Positions 14,191 to 28,397 of a DNA stretch of 64,000 bases are shown in pieces. A program made the position numbers and the translations under genes. This stretch comes from Spironucleus salmonicida (lineage: Eukaryota), in the NCBI RefSeq assembly GCF_000497125.1, contig NC_090597.1:321797-385796 (forward strand), read 5' to 3'. Within the stretch, counting starts at the first letter, position 1. The number at the start of each line of letters is the position of its first letter. The notes beneath the pieces are model-generated. The model searched no databases. It had not been told where the DNA came from and saw only the letters and a list, made by a program, of their open reading frames with translations.

Positions 14191-16150
14191 GATAATTAAT
14201 TCACTTTAAAACGTATAAGCGTACATAGTTAACTATAAATATTTCGTCAAGAGTAAAAATCACATAGTTATTAAACTTTAAAAGCTATATTATTAAGATA
14301 TTCTGCCATTATAAACATACAATAAACTTTTTATCTCGTATTAATTTACTATATCTGACAAGTATCCTAAGTAACTAGTAAGATTTAACTATTTTTTAAA
14401 AACTTACTTAGAAATAGATAATTACAATGATCTCAAAAATTACAAGTTTTATTATCTTATTATATAGAGTTAATACCTAAATAGAAGATATAATTTAGAA
14501 ATCAACGAAACTGCTTAATTTGCAATACATAGTATAATAATTTATAGAAACATAGCATAGATTAGGTATTTTTATAAGACTACCCAAGATGGTTTATTAA
14601 TGTTGATTTGTTTCAATAATAATATTATTAAGTTTATTGAATAATAATTGAATACATCCGTAATATTCATTGTATTTATTAATTAATTAAGTATACATAT
14701 GCGCAGAGATTTTTCTGTGTTAATGTCCAAGTATTTATTTTCAACTTGTAATTCCACTGTTAAATGCTAAAAATCTTATTTATATATTTCAATGCTAAAT
14801 AATAGCTTGGATTATTAGATATTTTTCATACTATAGAAATTCTTTAAATAATATTTAGAAAAATATTATAGCTTATCTTTCTTATTTAATATGCTTTATA
14901 TGATCATATAGTACTAATCACATATGTTAAAGTAAAATATGAATAGTTTCATTGTAAAATAGAATTAAAATATGAATAATTTTTGTATTGTAACAGATTA
15001 AGAACATCAATACGTACTGAATATATATTGATAATATTTAGACCAATATTATATCTAGAGTTGAAATAAATAATTGCTTCTTGTTTATCATATTTTTATG
15101 TTTTAGTAATTAAAGTTTATTTATATACTATCAAACTTGAACATAATTTAATGCTTTATTGTCAAGATTAGTAAATTCATCTTAATATTTCCTTAAAAAT
15201 TTATTTAGTTTAAATTATAATTATTATTTAGTAAATTATAATTATATAATTTTTTAGAAGTATATAAGCGTTAATGTATAACAATAATAAAACTACTAAA
15301 AATTGAAATCCACATTATCATTTCTAATAACTATTACCAAAAAAATTTAAATTTATACAATCCTTATGAAAATATCAAATATTTTCACGGAAACCCGAAT
15401 AGAACCATAAGTAATAGCAAGTATATTAATCTGTTTTTAGCAATTAATCACATGAACTTAATAAATTATAGTAGAAATAGGATGATATTTATTTTTTTAA
15501 GTCCTTGTTCTAATAGTATTGTAAGATATAAATTGATGTATCAGAAAATAAAAATCAATTACTAGGAGCTACATATTAGTTGAACTTCTAGATACCATAG
15601 TATATATAATGTTTATAAATCTTATTTTAAACAAACTTGCAATTTAGTAAAACAATAATATTTATATAAAAGCCTTTCAGCCATAGTAAAATTAACAGCT
15701 CATTCTAAATAGAAATAATGTTCATTTTTATTATAAAGCATATTATGTTTCCACTTATTTAATTTTTTAGTAAATTTAATTTAGTAGTACAGTAAATAAC
15801 CATATATTATGATTAATAAAATTTGTATAAAATTTTATAGTTTTCTTATTATCCAGAAGGTATGTATTAAGTGGGTTCAAAATATTAAAGTTATCTTCTA
15901 ATTATAGTTTTTATTATTTCTATCCCAATACTTTTCAAATTATTTTCACTGATTTCACTAATTTTTATAACCAGATAATTATTATTAAATTTTTTCTTAA
16001 AGTAAGATATCCAATTTATCTTTAGTTGAACCGTATTTTCTCTTAGTTCAATATAATCCTATTTTATTAACATATACTTTCCTTTAAACCAAATTTATCT
16101 ATATTCCATGATAGAATATTATAATAATTTTACCACTCCTTTTATTGTTC

Positions 16151-18624
16151 ATGGGCGCAGCCGGATCTTGCTCAGACGAGTCAAATAAGTGCGGTTCACC
16201 CTATTACTGCCCTCTCGACCACCATGAATCAACTGCATGTCTCCTGTGTAATCCAAGCCAGCCAGTCGGAACCTCCTGCCAATGCGGTAAAAAGTACACA
16301 ATCCACCCCAACTGCGCGGGCTGCAACGGCGAAGCCTGTATCGCTTGTACACAAAATTTCTTTCTACTAAATAGCAAGTGCGAAGCCTGCATCGCAAACT
16401 GCACGACCTGCAGCAGCAATACGACCTGCGACTCGTGTTTTGCTGGCTACTTTGCGAACGCCTCGAAAGTCTGCCAGAAGTGCTCAGAAAACTGCCAAAC
16501 ATGCAGCACCGAGACTAGCTGTCTAACATGCTTTCCGAATCAGTTCCTGACCCCTGAGAAATCCTGCCACTTCTGCGCCAAAAACTGCGAGAAGTGCCAG
16601 GGCTGACCGCTTGCGACGTCTGCAAGGACGGGTACTTTCCAGCGGCAGTGGGTTGTGAAAAGTGTGGTGAAGCGATGAAAATAGGTGATGAATGTCAGTG
16701 TGCTGCCGTTAAAATCGCCAATTGCGTGCAGTGCGCTGGTGCCAAGTGCGCGACCTGCAGGATGGGATACAAGCTCATTCTCGGTACCTGCGTGCCAGAC
16801 TAGTGTCAGGTGGATAAAAATTGCCAGATTTACGAGTTCTGCGACGTGAGTGCCACCAAACCCAACGCGTGCAGGTCGTGCTCCAAGCGGTGCAAAACTT
16901 GTTCAGGAGCCGATGACCACTGCACTTCATGCCAGGAGGGTCAGTTCCTCGCCGAAAACACCTGCCAGCCGTGCGATTTTGGCACACCGGCCGGTTTTTC
17001 CTGCAACTGCGGGACAATCATGGCCGCTAACTGTGGTAAGTGCTTAGATGACGCCTGTGCGAGCTGCATCGACGGGTTCATCATGCGTGCAGCGGTATGT
17101 GTTCCTTGCGCGTAGGACCAAATTCAGGCCGCAAGTTGCACATGTCATGGCCAGGTGATCGCAGGCTGCGTGTCGTGCAGCGCAAAAGGCTGTGACGCAT
17201 GCAAGCCAAATTTCAAGCTCATAGACAACGCCTGTCTGCCGAACGAATGCCAGAATACCGTAGACTGCAAAAGCGGCGAGTTCTGCCTGGAGAGCCCGGT
17301 GCAGGTGAACCACTGCGTATCGTGCGGCGAGAACTGTGCCGTGTGCCAGAACGCTGACATTTGCACGCGCTGCCAAAGTGGCTTCTTCAGAGATTCACAA
17401 AGCGCCTGCGCGCCCTGCGCACGCGATATTCAAATGGGTGGCGGCTGCCAGTGTGGGGAGCTCGAAATCAGCAACTGCGCAGAGTGCGGCGCGGACACCT
17501 GCAAAGCATGCAGGGATAAGTACGACCTGCGCGGCGGTGCCTGTATCGCAAACGAGTGCCAGGACGACTCGGAGTGCGGGGATGGGAATTTTTGCAGCAT
17601 CCGCGCATCAGGGCACCAGTGTGCTAAATGCGGCAAGAGCTGCCAATCGTGCAAAAAGAGCGCAACAAATTGTACCAGCTGCAACTCTGGGCAGAGCTTG
17701 ATCGGTGGAGTCTGCGACAGATGCCGTTTCGACAGCCCGGCAGGCACTGCGTGCAACTGCAGCGGGAAACTCGTGCCAAACTGCGGTTTCTGCGAGAAGC
17801 AAAACTGCTAATTTGCGCCAATAATTTTTTCCTTGACGGCAGCGTCTGCGCTCCGTGCAGCGATAACCGTCCGATTGGGAGCCTTTGCACCTGCTCTGGG
17901 CTGGACACTGAGAATTGCGCGCTTTGCGGTACAAATTCGTGCGCTAAATGCGTTGTCGGCAGCAAGATAATTGACGGAGAATGCAGGTCTGACGAGTGCG
18001 GGAACAGTAGAGTGTGCGAGGCAGGAAAGTACTGCTAGCAGTTTGTGGACAAAATTAATGTTTGTCTGGAATGTGATGTTAGTGCTAGACCTGCACTATG
18101 GTGGGTTCGTGCGATTTATGTTCATCTGGGTATTTTAAAACGGCGCAAAACTGCGTTCTGTGCGATAAAATTTAAAATGGGGAGTGTAACTGCGGTGAAA
18201 TGATGCTAAAGTCGTGTAGGATGTGCGAAAAAGATAAATGTATTTAGTGCGCAGTTGGAAATAGCGTGCGTGAAGGTGTTTGCGTCAGCTGTGCAGAACT
18301 GGTAGAGGGCGAAAAGTGTGATTGTGGACTCAAATAAATTAACTGCATCAAATGCGGTTAGGAAAATCAGTGCTCAGTATGCCATGATGGTCACATATGA
18401 TAAAAGGGAATGCATCAGTTGCGCCGACAATCCCCAGCTATGCGTAATAAAATTTCATAAATACAATTATTTTCATCGTCATAGGAATCTTAGGTGGGAT
18501 AGCCTTAATAGTCGGGGCTGCGGTATTTGTAATCATCGCTAGGAAACGGAAATCCCATGTTAATCCAGATTATGACACCACACTTTTAAATCAGAGCAAC
18601 AACTCGAGCAGCTAGTTATTTTGA
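16151..18624 (+). CDS. Cysteine-rich membrane protein; frameshifts near 16600, 17808, ~18095 and possibly later
   Basis: MGAAGSCSDESNKCGSPYYCP..., repeated GxxCxCG..NCxxC modules, TM IIFIVIGILGGIALIVGAAVFVIIA followed by RKRK, TGA at 18622-18624. Confidence 0.88.
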
Positions 18625-19139
18625 GTGACATGTGACATATTTTAAATGCTATTGGCGTTAAAGTGTTTGAGGTAGATATCGGATGGCATTATATAGAGAA
18701 GTTAAGGAAAATGCTTTACTGACAGTTTAAGTAAAACTTTCACAGCCTTCATGTATTCTAGTCACGAGAGTTATAAGTATTATCTCATTATTGTCATTAG
18801 CCATTGTAATGAAAAATGATTAGTTTCAGAGATGTTAGTAGTGACTACTAGATAGTATAATTGTAAATGCAGCTGCTAAATTCATACTTTTAATTTCAAT
18901 TTTTAGCCCATTCTCATAAACGGATGTGAGTATGACCATTGTGCAGTAAGTTTCCATAAACAGTCAGATATATAATGTGATAAATATCTTAATTTTAGCA
19001 TATGGCTTATACTAGGATTGGGCTAGATGCGCTTTATTGTAATATACAGGATGCATATAGTAAATGTTGAATACTGCCTATAATCTATAATATGGAAATT
19101 TCGTACCTTGACTATCTCTTGATATAATTAGTAAGGGAA

Positions 19140-19234
19140 TAGCACGACTAGGAATCGAACCCAGGTCTCTTAAAAAATTTCGCCAAATGGCAAATAGAAT
19201 AATCATAAGAATGCTCCCACTGCACCATCGTACT
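19140..19234 (-). tRNA. tRNA or tRNA-like gene with a 24-nt-expanded anticodon arm (body most like tRNA-Gly; identity uncertain)
   Basis: AGTACGA-TG-GTGC AGTGGGA GCAT-T-[41-nt arm CTTA...TAAG]-AGAC-CTGGG TTCGATT CCTAG-TCGTGCT-A. Acceptor, D and T stems pair, and A and B boxes are canonical. Confidence 0.75.
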
Positions 19235-20187
19235 AATATTATATTTTATTAACTAGCATAGTATTTTCTTATTACTCCTAGAGCCTACTTAGCTGTATAT
19301 GAAAATTATGCAGAAAGTATCATGCTTCATAAATTACTTAAACTAGCTATAGCCACCTATTCCGTGCATAATGAGATCCTCATACACAAAAGCTGATTAA
19401 GTTGGATTTAGGCATTTCCCTAAAAGTTTTTACTTTGCTAAATACAATTATAATATATATTGATACTTTTCTAAAATACGAACATGGAAACCTGTAGATG
19501 ATTTATTTCATCGAGGGTAGTTTGATTTAATATTTGGTAATATTAACAACAAATAAGCACTAAAACACTACTGGGATGTATTTCGCCTAAGTGGTGAATT
19601 TATTTGTATAAGTACCACTAGTTACCGTAAATCACTAAACTAGTCTTTATAACAAACTACTACTTACTGTTTGTATAAATTTATAAGAAGTGGCCTTAAT
19701 TTAGCTACGAAATTATTGGTATAGTGTCTACTATTAATAAGTTCTAATTAAATTAACTTATTATTTAACTTAACTTTAGGCACTCTTACTTAAAATATTT
19801 TAGTATTTTTACTTAAGCTATCTAAAATGCTTAATTTATAGGAAATAAGCAATTAATAGGTGTAAAATAATAAAGCTAGGTATTAAAATAATATTATTAT
19901 TGTTCACTGTATTTCAATAAATAGTGTCTTAAATTAAAGCTTCCAAGTAAAAATTTATATCAAAATTTGCTTAAAACTATAACATTTGATGTAAACTTAT
20001 ACGTCATAACAATTACAGAATGCTTACTGATCTAAAAGTAGATTACGTAGTTCCTATTATCTAAAGTTTCACTTTACTCTGTTCTGATAAACATACTTGC
20101 CTATTAGCATTTAAGATAAAATAAACCATTGATAGTGAGCAAAATAGTGAATAAATATAAGCTTTCACAAAATAAATATTAAACCTC

Positions 20188-23100
20188 TCACTTTGCCATA
20201 TTGTGCTGGAAGCTGTATTTCTTAGGGCGCTTGGCGTAAAAGATGGACACGCCGGCTATTATGCCTACAGCGGCCACCGCAGCTACCACCATACCGGCTA
20301 TGTTCGCTATGAACAGCGACTCATTGCGCTATTCTTCTATCGGGACGCAGGCTTGCTCGACCATTTCAAAACCCTCGGCGCAGGAGTCGCATTAATCTTC
20401 CGTGCTCAACTTCCACTCCGGGGTGCAGGCGAAGCATTTCGTACCGCTGCAGTTTGCGCAGTTTAGCATACTGGCGCAGTTGCACGAACTTTTGCCGTTG
20501 CAAGCCTCGCAGGACTGGGAGGAACCGCACATTTCACCTACTAAGCAGTTATCGTCAGTCTTGCACATCACCTTGCAGACCTGATCGACCAGTACGTATC
20601 CGGTAAAGCAGCCTGCACACTTGTTCCCATCGCAGCTCGTGCACGTATCGAACTGGTTCCCCTCGCAGTTACAGAGATAGCCTGGCGATACATATTAGCA
20701 CAAAGAGCAGGAAGGGGACAAAATACAGGCATGCCCGGTGAGGCAGAATGACGAGTCCTTGGTGTTCTCGCAGACCCCCGTGAAGCCTGGAGGGCTCACT
20801 AGGCACCGCTTGTTGATCATCACCGACCCCGCCATGCAGGTGGCACATCCCTTGTTGTCTGCGGTGCAGGTGGCGCAGTTCGGCGCATTGCCGCAGTTGC
20901 ACTGGTTTTGGACCGCAGGGCACTATTTCGTCTCATTGGGGCCGCTGCAGTAGTGCCCCGCCGGAACAGGTTTGCTGCAAATCGGCACCGAGCAGGAGTT
21001 CTGAGAGTCGGGCCCGTACCCCGACAGGCAGCTGGAGCAGGTTCCGGCAGCACTGCACGCGACACAGTTTATCGAGTCGCCGCAGTTGCAGGCTTTGTCC
21101 TATTTTCCGCAGACGTTGCACTCGCTGGAGTTTTGATCGCAGTATTAGTTTACAGGGCAGTCAGAGGTGTTGACGCAGGTGACTTTGGGTTGGCAAAAGC
21201 CATTAACGAGCAGAAACCTTCCAGGCATGTCTGGCAGCTGTCTTGGTACGCCGAGCAGGTCTGGCAGTTTTTGGCCTCCGAGCATTTGCATTCCTTAACC
21301 GATGCGGTGGTGCAGAGCTCGCAGCTGGCTTCTTTATCGTCAGAAGGACAGAAGAAGCCGTTGAAGCAGGAGTTTGCTGGCCCGCATTTGTTAGGCTTGC
21401 ACTCGCCCTTGAGGAGCTCCAGCCAGCAATACAGAGCTTGCACTAATTATCTTAGCAGAAAATGCAGTTTTCGCGCATGGTTCCACCGCAGTTGCACGAC
21501 TTCCCACTCGTCAGCTGGTTGCATGGAAGGCATACCTCCCCGAACTAGCCATTGCAGAAAAACGAGTTGTTGCACCTCGAAGACTTGTTGCTTTATCGCA
21601 TATATTTTTAGTTTCATTAGTGATTTTAGCGCATTACAGAGTGGAAGGATTGAATACATGGCCGCTCGTGCACGTCTGGCAAGTGTTGGATAGAATTCCG
21701 CAGGTTTTACAGTTTTGTGCCGTTCCGCAGTTGCACGCTGCGTCTACCGCAATTGAGCATGGCTCGCACTTTGCGTTTGCTGCCGAGTCAGGCGGACAGT
21801 GGTGTTGGGAAGGCATTTTGCCGCTAAAAGATCATCCCCGCAGTTGTTTTCTACACAGGCCCCTTGTAATAGCTCAAACCCGGTAATACAGCTCGTGCAG
21901 CTTCCACTGCTGCATTTGTTACAGTTCTTGATGTCATCTCCGCTGCAGTGACAGAATTAGTTTATCTTAAGCTGACCACAGCTGACGCAAATGGTTCCAA
22001 AAGTACCATTACAGTAAAAGTCGTCATTACACAATGTTGATTTATCATTAGAATCACATATATTTCCCTTCAGACTACATTAATTCTTGTCATCTAATTC
22101 GTATCCGGCAATGCAGGAACCGCAGGAGTTACTGGTGCTACCGCAGGTTTGGCAGAAGTTGGCCCCGCATTAGCAGGCATTAGCGGATTTATCTGTGCAT
22201 AACTAGCAGTTAACCGTGCCGCTGCTCCCATCAGGGCAGTAATTGCCCAACGCGCAGGTGCTTGAGGGCCCGCCAGAATTGCAGGTGTTTGTCACGCAGA
22301 TGTTGTTGTACGGATAGTAGCCTTCAATGCAGGCCTCGCAGCCACATTCTCCGAATTACATTACTTACAATTTCGTAACAGCACACTACCGCATTTGCAG
22401 GCCTTACCTTTGTCCATTGAAACACAAGATACGCACGCGTCTCCGAAGTTTCCTTTGCAGAACTTGCCAGACATGCAAAGAGTGGAGCCATTGGCGAAGT
22501 CGCAGATATCGCCCTTCAAAACACATTGAGAAGTGCTCGCCTGCAAATCATATCCAGAAAAGCAGGACCCACAAGTATTTACTACCGTCCCGCACGTTTA
22601 ACAACTAGGGAGAAGCCCGCACTTGCATTCTTGCTGCTGATTATTGCATTGCTTGCAAACCTCGGTTCCCGATACTGCGCTATTCGAACAGTAGTACCCA
22701 TCAATGCAGTTTTGTGTGTTTTTGGGATCTCCGCACATATTGGGTACGCAAACTCCATCGATAGGCAGATATTTATCAATGCAAACTTCGCATTTATCCC
22801 CTTTGCATTACTTGCAGTTTTCTTGGAGCGTCAAGTTGCAATTGCAAAATTGACCCTCTGCAATATTCGCGCATAGTTTACAATCATCTCCAGGTTTCCA
22901 TTGCACATGAAACCTATATCACATGTAAAGGACTCCTATAAAGGGCTGCAAACATTAGACTTCGCTATGCAGCGCATTTTGTCGTTGAAATGAAACCTGG
23001 AAGACAGGTGCTGCACGTTTATTTCTCCAAATCGCAGGTTTCGCAGTTTTGCAGGTAAAAACACTAGCACGGCACCGTTTAACCCTTCACACAGGGTTCG

Positions 23101-24163
23101 CACGCTGCCATCCCCTGCGTCCACGCCGGGCAGGCATACTCATTAAGCATAAGCTCGTCTCGTTCGTACAATAGTTAGCGATGCAGTTGGTTCCAGTGCT
23201 AATTCGTGACATGAAAAACCCGTAACCACATTCATCACATTCTGCGTTTTGCACCTAATACAATTATAGAGCTTTCTACGTGGGTTACAGTGACATCCTT
23301 CGCTGAGATACATCGTGTCGCAAGATCGGCAAACCAGACCGCTTTCGTCGCAGTAGAATCCTTTTGTGCAGTTTGAACTCGTGGGGTTGTTTGGGTTACC
23401 GCCTGAAATACAAGTCTTCGGGTTCTAGCAACTTTTATAATCTTAATTGAAAACCGTTCCGAAAGTCAAACCTTGGGCACAGGTCCTGCAGCCAACTCCG
23501 CCAACGTCGCATACCTTACACCCCTATATTGTATCATACTCCTCACAATGGCATCGAACACCTGGGTCCGTACTCGTAGAACAGCTGTTACATTTACCGC
23601 CGCTACAATGGTATCCTACGTCACAGTTATTGCTGGCCTAGCAAGATTTTTGAACGATGGTGCTTTCGCATTTCCCATTTACCAAAATTAAGCCCCTGAT
23701 GCATTTTGAGCAGAAGTCGCCATCGCAGTTCTGGCATCCTGCTATGGCTTAACCGGCGCAGTTACAGCTTAATTAAATGTTTATGTCGTTGCACTTTTGG
23801 CATTTGGCACCAGACTATTGGGGACAGAAGTACTCGTGCGGGCAGACTGCCGAATCGTTGTTGCAGTTATCTTGGGAGAGAATACAACGATTGTTGGACA
23901 GAGTATAACCAGTTATGCACTTGGAGCACTAGATTCCGGTACACTCAGCACAGTTTTCTCGTAGGTTGTCTGCACAGTTGCACTTCTTTCCAGGGAGCAT
24001 GTTAACGTGACATTTTTTACACATCACGCCGTCTTTATAGTTAGGAAGAGGACAATATGAGTTAGTAGCACAGTCGAGTGAGTGGAGTTGCAGGTCTAGG
24101 TTTCTAGAGCAGTTTCCATAATAATTCTATGGTTCGGGCATTATATAAAATTAGAATAATCAT
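20188..24163 (-). CDS. Large cysteine-rich membrane protein (about 1300 aa) with multiple frame disruptions; possibly a pseudogene
   Basis: MIILILYNARTIELYGNCS..., repeated CNCGxxxNCxTC modules, TM IAGMVVAAVAAVGIIAGVSIFY followed by AKRPKK, ending AAG TGA at 20188. Confidence 0.82.
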
Positions 24164-25670
24164 ATACTTTTAATAATAATGTATATACAGAACAAAAATG
24201 TGAGTTTTTTAAATTATTTTTGGATTATCATTATAGTTTAAGAATATATACTACTTTTCGCAGTTATAACTATTTTCATAATTATTTATTTTGATAAATA
24301 ATAATATATTATAAAAATATTAAATTATAAATTAGTGTGTTTATACTAAAAATATTTGTAATTTGCTAAGGAATTTAGAAAATCTTTTATATAATTAATT
24401 ATATTATCAATAAACACTTATCTTTATTTTTAAAGTAATAAATATAATGTATTATATATAAATAATAAATGCATCGTATATAAAAGTATGCATGTTTTGA
24501 AAAATAATTATATTTACCATACTCACCAGTAATAGTTGATATTAACTATTTTGGTAATTTCTTTTCTATATATATTTTTAAATTAATAGAATATTACTAA
24601 TGTAATATTATATGGTAATAGTTCTATTTTTATTTACTATAATTAAGAAACTAGTTTTTCAATGTCTGAAATGTATATTATTAATATTAATTTTTCAGTT
24701 TAATAACTATTATATAAACATAGATATAAAAGAAAAGGAACATAAGATGTGAACCTTAAAGAAATAAATAATATTTCTAACTAAATTGCACATAAATAAC
24801 TTAAACATCTTTACGAGTAATTAATAATAATAAACATTTAGATTAATTAACAGTGTAACGAAATGCAAAGTAATCTGATTATGATATTAAGTACGCATTT
24901 GATTTATAATTTGGATTATGATCGTATTGGCTATACCTGTAAAATTAGTATTATTTAAATTATTCAAATACTATTTTTTACTTTGGAAAGAAGAAAAAAT
25001 ATATACTTTATCATATAGTAACTATTTTTTATTAATACCACAAATAATTATTTACAGTAAATCTGGAAAGTTTCAAAACAATATATTAAAATATATTATA
25101 TTATAAAATAATTATATATAAAAAATCACTATTCTTTAAACTGTAATGTTAGGCACTTAAAGCTAATAAAAAGAGTTACAAAAATATATATTGGCGGTAA
25201 ATCTTACTATCACTTTCTAGCATCTTTTAATTGAACTATAATTATTATTGTAGGTAGGTATTATTACTGATTCAGTTTCTCGTGGAAATGCGAACTTGTC
25301 TTAATATTGTATTTTAATCTAACAAATATTTTTACATCTTTAGAACAAGTAGAAACTGTAAAACTTAATTAACTGTCAATTAATCCAATTAAACCGTTGT
25401 CAAAATACAAATCACTGTGGACTTTAATTTCGTTATTTTATAGTACTCCTACAATATATTTTACAAGTAACTGAATTTGCAAGTTAAATATTATAATCAT
25501 CTACCACAATTTACACTTACTTGTTTTTTATTGAAAAACATTCAATCGAGAAACAGTTTTAATATATCATTATATAATCGTATATTACAAAAACGACTCA
25601 TTTAACTTATATATTATCATAGATACTTATTTTTTGTCCACTCCATTTTTTACCCCTCCTAAATCATAAT

Positions 25671-26648
25671 ATGCCAACTTTTAACTTCGGGGCATCTACA
25701 ACCACTGGTCGTCGGCCTTCCAATGAGGACGCGCACACAATCACTCACCTGAATTCGAAGCTTCCCTGCCAATTCGTAGCTGTTTACGACGGCCACGGCG
25801 GCGCCTCAGCCGCCTGCTACGCGTCAACCACACTCCACACGATCCTCTAGGCCCAGAAAACGTTCCCAGACGACATCAAGAAGTCATTTATCACAGCTTT
25901 CACGACAACCGATAAAAACTACATTAAGCAGGAAAATTCGTCAGATATCTTCTCATCAGCAGGCTGCACCGCCTGCGCCTGCCTGCTGACTCCCACACAC
26001 GCGTATTTTGCGAACGCAGGAGACGCGCGCGCAATTATCTCTAAAAACGACCAAATCGTCCAAATAACGACCGACCACAAACCGTCGCTGCCGTCAGAAC
26101 GCGCCAGAATCGAGCAATTCGGCTCGTGCGTCGTTGAGCAGCCAGGCGACTGCCCGCGCGTTGCAGGGATGCTAGCAGTCTCACGCGCGATCGGAGACGC
26201 CCCGTTTAAGGGCTGCGGCGTCGTGGCGCTCCCAGACGTCTTTTCAGAGGAGCTGCAAGGCGTCGATTTCATCGTTTTGGCCTGCGACGGCGTCTGGGAC
26301 GTCCTGACGAACGAAGAAGTGCAGCAAATCGTGAAAATTTGCCTCAAAATGCCCGGAAATGCGAGTTCCGTGAGAGAGAAAATCTTGAAATAAGGAGTGG
26401 AAAAACTGCTCGAATCGACGAATTTCAGGGACAATGCGTGCAGGGAGGCAGAGCAAATTCTGGTGCAGCTCGCTGAGAGCGTTTCAGCGCCTGCGAACGA
26501 TTTGACGTGCAATTTGAAGACCGAAATCGAGAAAATGAGCCCCGCACATCTCGCGAGGATGATTTGCAAGGTCGCTGTGTGCGTTGGGAGCGATGACAAT
26601 ATCAGCTGCGTCGTTGGCGTCGAAAGAGCGGTTTACGAGAAAAAGTGA
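25671..26648 (+). CDS. Protein phosphatase 2C (PPM family), 325 aa
   Basis: Motifs GRRPSNED, VYDGHGG, GCTA, ANAGDAR, DHKP..ER.RI, LAVSRAIGD, LACDGVWDV, GSDDNIS. Open in code 6 with in-frame TAG (25848) and TAA (26391). Confidence 0.97.
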
Positions 26649-28397
26649 GCGGGGAAATTGATATATAGTGTATATAAGGGGTAGTTATGGAGGTGGAGTG
26701 GTGGAGTGGAAGGGGTAAAATTTAGTATATAGTGTATATAAGAGATTAATTGGTGGAAAAGGAGTGAAAAGTGGAAGGGTGAAATTTATTATTATTATTA
26801 TTATATGATTAATATAATGTTAATATGGAGGGAGTGGAATGGTAATAAAGTGGAAATTGAATGTTAAAAGGAAAATTGGGGATAGGGTAGGGATGTGAGC
26901 TAAGTGATGGTGATGAGATAGTGGGGATTAGCTGGTTAAAAATTGGGAGTGGTTGGAAAGTAGGAAACGGGGCAGTGGTTAGATTATGAAAATTTGAAGG
27001 CATTGGGTGTAAGTTAGCAAAATTCTAGGAGTAGTGAGGCTTGCAGAAGTTGTTAGGTAAGATTGTGCAGGTTGTTGATAGGCGTAAAATTTGTTCTATA
27101 ACGTAATATTTACGTTTTTTTAAGTGGATGTAGTAGGCATGTTACATTGCTTAATAAAAGTAACTTATAATTACTAACTGGTGTATGATTAGTGGTAAGT
27201 GCAGTTATTTAGGGAAAAGTGTAATCAATGCTTTAGGTGCATCGTTATTATGTAAAAATATTCTTATAATGTTAATTTAGAGAAATGATAATTTTAACTA
27301 ATAGTTACCATAAATTTATTACTGGAACAATGTTTAACTGTCAATTAATAAAATGAAATTATTTGTTTAATAAAAATTATCGCATTATATTTAATGGCTG
27401 CATAAATGAAAAGATTAATTTATTAGATAAATTAACTGTAAATAAGCAAGATTTGACGTCATTCATATAATAATACTAAGAATTAATACTAAAGATGATT
27501 TGGTAAAAGTTTGTTACAGTATATTACTTTAATCTTTATTATATTTAACAAATATTTATCAGTAATAATCAATACTACAAGAATAACTATGAATAAGCTG
27601 TAAATATTGTAGTTAAAAATTAATATTATTATTTTATTTATATTAATTATGGCCGTACGAAACCTATTATTTACTAGTTTTACATAGCTTTATATACAAG
27701 GCATTAAGTAAATCTTCATCTACCATCCGATAAAAGTAATATATTGATAAAAATTAAAAAGGAAATAGTGAAAAACCATAGAATTATATTTTATATAGTA
27801 AAATATATATAATTTAATCTAACATATTATAAAATGAATCGCTTTAATTTTTTAATAAAGCAAACTAACTAATACATATAAGCAGCAGATATTATCACAT
27901 TTATTATAATAAATATAATTATTTTATTTATTATATCATTTCTAGTCTATAGGATAGTGTACATTTAAATCTATATAATCACCATTACATGTAAATACAC
28001 GAATAGATAAATGGAAGATTAAATATATATTTCTATGATAAGATAGTTATGAAACCAGCAGATAATGATTTTTTAACAGATATTATTTCATAAGAATTTA
28101 CTTCAACAACTACATTTTAACTTCGTTTATGGTTGTATTTAAAATTTATTACAATGAGGTTTATTTTATTTATTATATATTCTGTGATAAAAATAATACA
28201 ATTAAATCAATTTATCAAATAATTATCTTATTATTTTCGAAAAGAATAGATTCAGCATTTTGTTCAAATGATATTTTAATACTTTTCTATTTTAATTACT
28301 CTGACTTCTCTTTTATACATTTTCTATTTTGTCCTAGTATTATATAAATATGTAATAAATTCAGCTTCACTTTATTTTAGACGAATTTCTCATCTTT

